Source: the human T2T-CHM13v2.0 reference genome, Homo sapiens. From it: DNA of 64,000 nucleotides. The notes under the pieces were generated by a model that was given only the letters and a program-made list of their open reading frames with translations, had not been told where the DNA came from and made no database searches. Where the stretch lies: the NCBI RefSeq assembly GCF_009914755.1, contig NC_060947.1; one strand, 5' to 3'. Shown here in pieces: positions 58,318 through 64,000 of the stretch. The first letter of the stretch is position 1, and each line of letters starts with the position of its first letter. The position numbers and the translations under genes are program-made.

Positions 58318-58430
58318 CAAATGACAAAATTCAATTTTGTCATAGCTCTGAGGTAATGCCATCCTTGTCATACATTCTTTCGAATATTTTTGCAAGAGCA
58401 GAAAGCAGTATTGACTATAAGATGAAGTGA

Positions 58431-58730
58431 CCCGGTGCGGTGGCTCACGCCTGTAATCCCAGCACTTTGGGAGGTTCAGGTGGGCAGATCACCTGAGGTC
58501 AGGAGTTTTAGACCAGCATGGCCAACATTTCAAAACCCCATCTATACTAAAAATACAAAAATTAGCCGGGTATGGTGGAAGGTGGACATCTGTAATCCTA
58601 GCTACATGGGAGTCTGAGGCAGGGGGAATTGCTTGAACGGGAGGCGGAGGTTGCTGTGAGCCGAGGTTGTGCCACTGCACTCCAGCCTGGGCAACAGTGC
58701 AAGACTCCATCTCAAAAAAACAAAAAAGAA
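58431..58730 (+). mobile_element. AluSx-like
   Basis: ATCACCTGAGGTCAGGAG. TSD TATAAGATGAAGTGA at 58416 and 58731. Confidence 0.95.
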
Positions 58731-60139
58731 TATAAGATGAAGTGAGGTTTAACTATGATTTTGAAATTTACTCCATTTCTTCTTTGAGCAATTAACCAAC
58801 TTCTCTGCCTCCCTTCTTTATAACATAGCTCTTCAAAAACGTCTTTATGTAGTAGCTCCAATATTTTCCAAATATATTTTGAATTCAATCCATTTATGGA
58901 TTCATGTTAACCACTTTAGTACATTTACTCTTTTCAAGGTCATGATTTCTGCATTGCTAAGTTCATTGGTCAATCATCATTCCTCAATCTATATATTCTA
59001 TTTATCTTAACATAGCTTATTTAAAATAAAATGGATGGCATGAGGTTTTCTTGCCTTCTGTTTAGCTCTAAAGCATGAACTTTTAGAAGGAAAATTCCAT
59101 ATGGTAAATAACTGATCATTAATGCTTTTCATATAAAGAACTGACAACCACAGATAAAAACTTATCTTGAAATGCAATCAACCACCAATAAAATTTAGAC
59201 ATGAAAAAATACAGTTTTCATGCCTTGGTACCAATTTATCTCTGAGCTATGGGAGTCTGCACAATAGTATATATTTGTGCCAGATTCAATATACTTGTAT
59301 GCAGTTTGATCCTGGAGCTGGGATTTGGTTTCTACATGGTATGAGGATCTGTGTTGGATTGATAAAGACTTTTTATTTTTTCTGTGATATTTTCCTTTTC
59401 TTTAACAAATTGAGCAAAACAGTGTCACAGACAGGCTTTTGACAGTGCCCTTCTAAAAGTGAGTGCTTTTACCTGAGATTATGATTAAATTCACTCCGTG
59501 TCCTTTCTCTCCTCCCATCCCCTCCCCATTCTGACAAGTGACAGTTGACAGTACCTTTCAAAATTCAGTCAGCTTGCTGAATTGCCTAATGTGAAAAAAC
59601 AGAGGATTAATTACCCTATGAGCACACATCCAATATACAGAAAATGGAAAGTATTGTCAGAAAAAAATGGATACCTTTGTGAAATAAAGTTAATATTGAA
59701 AAATAGCAAATAGACAATTTTATAAGGGCTATGAACGAAGATACCTCCTTGAAACGCAGCTTAATAAATGTTGCTTTAAGTTACTACAAACATTTTTCAA
59801 GGAAAGTTATGTATCAAAACTGTAATCATTAAAATAAACCCAAATGCTCATCTTTATTGATTATATGCTCATCAGGAACAAAAAGATTATTAAAATCAGA
59901 AGCACAATAAAACAATCTAACTTCTATATGCTTTGAAATTCTTGTGAAAAGTACACATTTAAAAAATAAATCTCAATTATTGCTATCATCATTATGACAT
60001 GACCACTTTGAAAACAGTGAGCATTTGCTTGGGTACTGCAATGTGATAGAAACAAATTCAAAATATTGTTTTATTAGGTGATTGATATTATATCTTGCTG
60101 TTTTTTGTTTCACTTTCTTTTCACATAATATAGCCAAGT

Positions 60140-60337
60140 TTGCTTTTGTTGTTGTTGGTGGTGGTGGTGGTTTTTTTGTTTGTTTGTTTGTTTGTTTTTG
60201 AGACAGGGTCTCAACTCACTCTGTTGCCCAGGTGGAAGTGCAGTGGTGCAATCATGGCTCACTGCAGCCTTAACCTCCTAGACACAAATGATCCTCCCAC
60301 CTCAGCCTCCTGAGTAGCTGAGTAGGTGGAACTACAG
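60140..60337 (-). mobile_element. AluJ right monomer or FRAM with a microsatellite-like tail
   Basis: (GTT)/(GGT)/(TTTG) tail, then GAGACAGGGTCTC...CTCACTGCAGCCTT...ACTACAG. Confidence 0.85.
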
Positions 60338-61130
60338 TCAACTTTCAACTAGCCCATGGTGATAGGGAGAGCAAGTTATCTAAAATTGTGTTAAAATAAT
60401 TTTTTAAAAGGTCTTTAATACATGATTTTTCTGACTCATGGCTTTGAAAACAAATGAACATTGTTGGACAAAAATTCTGATTGTCTGAAATATGTTACTC
60501 CAAATTATTTTTTAAAAATAGACTTTTAGAGTTGTTTTTGATTAATTTTAAAATTGAAAAGAAGGTATAGAAGTTTCCCATATAACCCTTCTCCCAACAT
60601 ACTGACCTACTATTACTCGACTAATAACATCCCACACCAGAGTGGTACATTCATTAAAATCTACGAACCTATACTGACACATATTTATCACGCAATGTCC
60701 ATATTTTACATGAGGTTCCATTTGTGGTGTTGTACATTCTATGGATTTTGACAAATATATAAGACATGTATTCATCATTATAATATCATAGAGAGTAGTT
60801 TCATTGCCCTAAAGAATACATTTGTACTTTGCTTATTCATCTGTCTTTCTCTCCTACCCCCTGGCAACCACAAATCCTTTTATTATATTCATAGTTTTGT
60901 CTGTTCCAGAATACCATGTAGTTGGAATTTAGAGTATACAGCCTTTTCAAGTTTGATTTTTCATTTAGTAATAAGCATTTAATGTTTCTCTATTTTTTTT
61001 TTGGTGTGATAGCTTTTTTTCTTTTCTTAGCCCTGAATAATAGTTCATTTTCTGGATATACCAATTTGTTCATCCATTTATCCAAACATTTACTGAAGGA
61101 CTTCTGGGTTACTTCTGAGTTTTTGCAATT

Positions 61131-63195
61131 TGTTTTGTATTGTTTTGTTTTTCCCAACTTTATTAGAGTATAAATGAAAAATTAAAATCGTATAAATTTG
61201 TGGTATACAATGTGATGTTCTGATTTATGTACACATTGGAAAATTAATAAATCAAACTAATTAACATATTCATCACATCATATACCTATGTTTTTGTGGT
61301 GAGAAAATTTAAAATCTACTCTTAGTTTGGAGTTATGGCATAGAAATGCTGCTGATTTTTACATGCTGATTTTCTATCTTGTAACTTTACTAAATAGTTT
61401 ATTAGTTCTAACAATTTGGTGATGTCATTAGGGTTTTCTATATACAAGATCATGTCATCTACTCACAGAACATTTTACTTCTTCCTTTCCAATTTGGATG
61501 CCTTTTATTCCTTTTCTTGCCTAATTGCTCTGGCTAGAAATTGTAGTACTTTTTAAAATAGAAATGGTATGACTGAGCGTCCTTGTCTTGTTCCTGGCCT
61601 TAGAGGAAAAGCTTACAGCTTTTCTTTGTTGAGAATAATGATAACTGTGGGTTTGTCAGATATGACCTTTATTCTGTTGAGGTACATTTCTATACCTAAT
61701 TTGTTGAGAGTTTTTATCATGTAAGGATGTTGAATTTTTATCAATGCAACTTTTACATTTATTGAGATGATCAAATGATTTTATCCTTTATTGTGTTAAT
61801 GTGGTGTATCACAATTATTGATATGCATATGTTAAGCCAAGCTTGCATACCAGGGATAAACCCACTTAATCATGGTGTATTATCCTTTTAATGTTAGATT
61901 TGGCTATCTAGTATTTTGTTGAGGACTTTTGCATCTATGTCTATCAGGGATATTGGTCTGTCATTATCTTTTCCTTGTAGAGTCTTTACCTGGTTTTGGT
62001 ATCAGGGTAATGCTGGCCTTGTAAAGTGAATTTGCAAATGTTCCATTCTCTTCAATTTTTTGTAAGAATTTGAAAACTATTGACATTAATCTTCCCTTAA
62101 ATGTTTGGTAGAATTTACCAGTGAAGCCACATGGTCCTGGGCTTTTCTTTGTTGGGAAGTTTTTGATTCCCAATTCAACACTCTTATTCATTACTTGTCT
62201 GTTCAGATTTCCTTATGATATAATCTTGATTGATTGTAAGTTTCTAGAAATTTATCCATTTCTTCTAAGTTATTCAATTTATTTCTGTGTAATTGTTCAT
62301 AGTAGTCTGCTGCGATTCTTTGTATTTTTGTTGTATCAGACATAATGTCTCCTCATTTATTTATGGTTTTATTTATTTGAGTCTTCTCCATTTTTTTCTT
62401 AGTCTAGGTAAAGTATGCCAATTTTTATTTTCCAAAAAATTAACCCTTAGTTTTTTCTATATGGGACCAGCCTGGTACTTTAGCCTGCAGGTTTGAAACT
62501 GGTGCCTGGGGTGAATGTGGAGCTTGAGTCTGCTGGGTTGTACCTGGACACTGGGTCCACAGGAGCTGGCCTGACACTGGATTGGGTCAGGAGGCTTGGT
62601 CTACAGGTGGCAAGCTGGACACAGGCTATGAGGGAAAGTCTAACACTAGGGTGTGCCTGATGTCTGAGGCTACAGGTGCCAGCCTGATGGGGTGGACCTG
62701 AGTCCCAGTGAGGGTCAGTCTGGGACCTGCGACCAACATGTTGCAAAGTGGCCCTGAAGACTTGGGTTCCATCTGCTGAGCTGGTGGTGGAACCAGCCTG
62801 GAGTCTGAACCTGAAAAGGTTAGCTTAGAGCCTAGGGCTGTGAGAGTCAGCTTGGTACCAGGTTTCACAGGGGTGGGCTTTGTGTTAGAGTCCACAAAAA
62901 AGTCAAGTTCTCACTTTACTCTCCTTCCCCCATGTGAAGGATATCTCCCTCTACACTTTGCTGCCTGGGCTTGGAGAAGAAGTGATGTGGGTAATATGAA
63001 ACTGCCCTTGCAACTACCTTCAGTGTATCTTTTCTTATTTCTGTGGTACATCTGAGTACTATAATCTCTCACTTGGATATATTAGATCTTGTGAAGGTAT
63101 TTTGTGCACGGTTAGTTGATTAAATTGATGTTTCTGTGACAAGATGAGCACTGGAAAATCCTATTTCACCATCTGGCTGATGTTACTTCAGGAGA
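61131..63195 (-). mobile_element. L1MA8-like element with both ends and two large internal deletions
   Basis: 3' terminus 61131-61325, ORF2 RT segment 61326-62455 (KKSPGPCGFTGKFYQTF), 5'UTR about 62460-63190. TSD-like AGTTTTTGCAATT and AGTTTTGACAATT. Confidence 0.8.
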
Positions 63196-63262
63196 TAATT
63201 TCAGTTTTGACAATTATGAATAAAGCTGCTATAAAGACTCATGTGGAGATTTTGTATTTTTA

Positions 63263-63267
<5 letters not shown>

Positions 63268-63307
<40 letters not shown>
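63268..63307. repeat. (TG)20 microsatellite
   Basis: Pure TG run. Confidence 0.97.
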
Positions 63308-63309
<2 letters not shown>

Positions 63310-64000
63310 AGGTTTTCAACTCATTTGGCTTAATACCAAAGATACTGGATCATATGGTAAGAGTATGCGCTTAGTTTTGTAAGATACTGCCAAACTGACT
63401 TCCAAAGTGGCTGACCATTTTGCATTCCCACTAGCAATGAATGAAAACTCCTGTTGCTTGACATTCTCACCAGCATCTAGTGGTATCAGTATTGCAGATT
63501 TTGGCCTTTCTAATAGGTGTGTAGTGGTATGTCATTGCTCGTTAGATTTGCATTTCCCTAATTACATATGGCAGAGCATTTTTTCATGTGCTTATTTGCC
63601 ATCTGTATATCTTTTTTATTGTTGTTTAGGTGTCTATTCATGGATTTGGCATCTTTCTACATTTGGTTGTTCATTTTCCTGTTGTTGAGTCTGAAGATTT
63701 TCTTTGTATATTTGAATAACAGTAATTTATTGGAAATATATTGTACAAATACTTTCTTCCATTCTTTGGCTTGTCTTTTCATCCTTTTCCTTGTGTTTTG
63801 CACAGAGTGGAAGTTTAAATTTTAATTTGGTTAAGCTTACCATTTTTTTCTTCATGGATTGTGCCTCTGTCATTATGCCCAAAAAGTCATTGCCATACCC
63901 ATGTTTTCTTCTATATTATCCTTTAAATGTTATATACTTTTTCATTTTACTTTTAGGTTTATGTTCCATTTTGAGCTAATTTTTGTGAACAGGGAGGTCT

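Larger units (their letters stand above)
60505..64000 (-). mobile_element. L1MC1/2-like 3' region, split by an L1MA and running off the window end
   Basis: Segments 60505-61130 and 63198-64000. CACCAGAGTGGTACATT, and AATTATGAATAAAGCTGCTATAAA resumes after the insert. Confidence 0.8.

Overview
Primate (human-like) genomic DNA that is AT-rich, gene-poor and dominated by interspersed repeats. I find no intact protein-coding gene; the ORF track mostly reports decayed L1, Alu, Tigger1 and LTR frames. Main contents: three full-length or near full-length L1s (L1MA3-like, L1PA7-like, L1PA16-like), a full-length Tigger1, a two-LTR ERV1/MER4-group provirus, a solo MER11 LTR with a 6-bp TSD, about 12 Alus, and older L1M, MLT, LTR33 and MIR fragments. 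The most unusual signals are a near full-length tRNA-Glu copy inside the provirus, several inverted-repeat templated-insertion scars (two in the RT domain of one L1PA7), Trp-to-stop changes in the gag remnant, a candidate L1 3' transduction, and a twin-primed L1. Subfamily names come from recalled consensus sequences, not database searches. I cannot claim a new biological system from the sequence alone.
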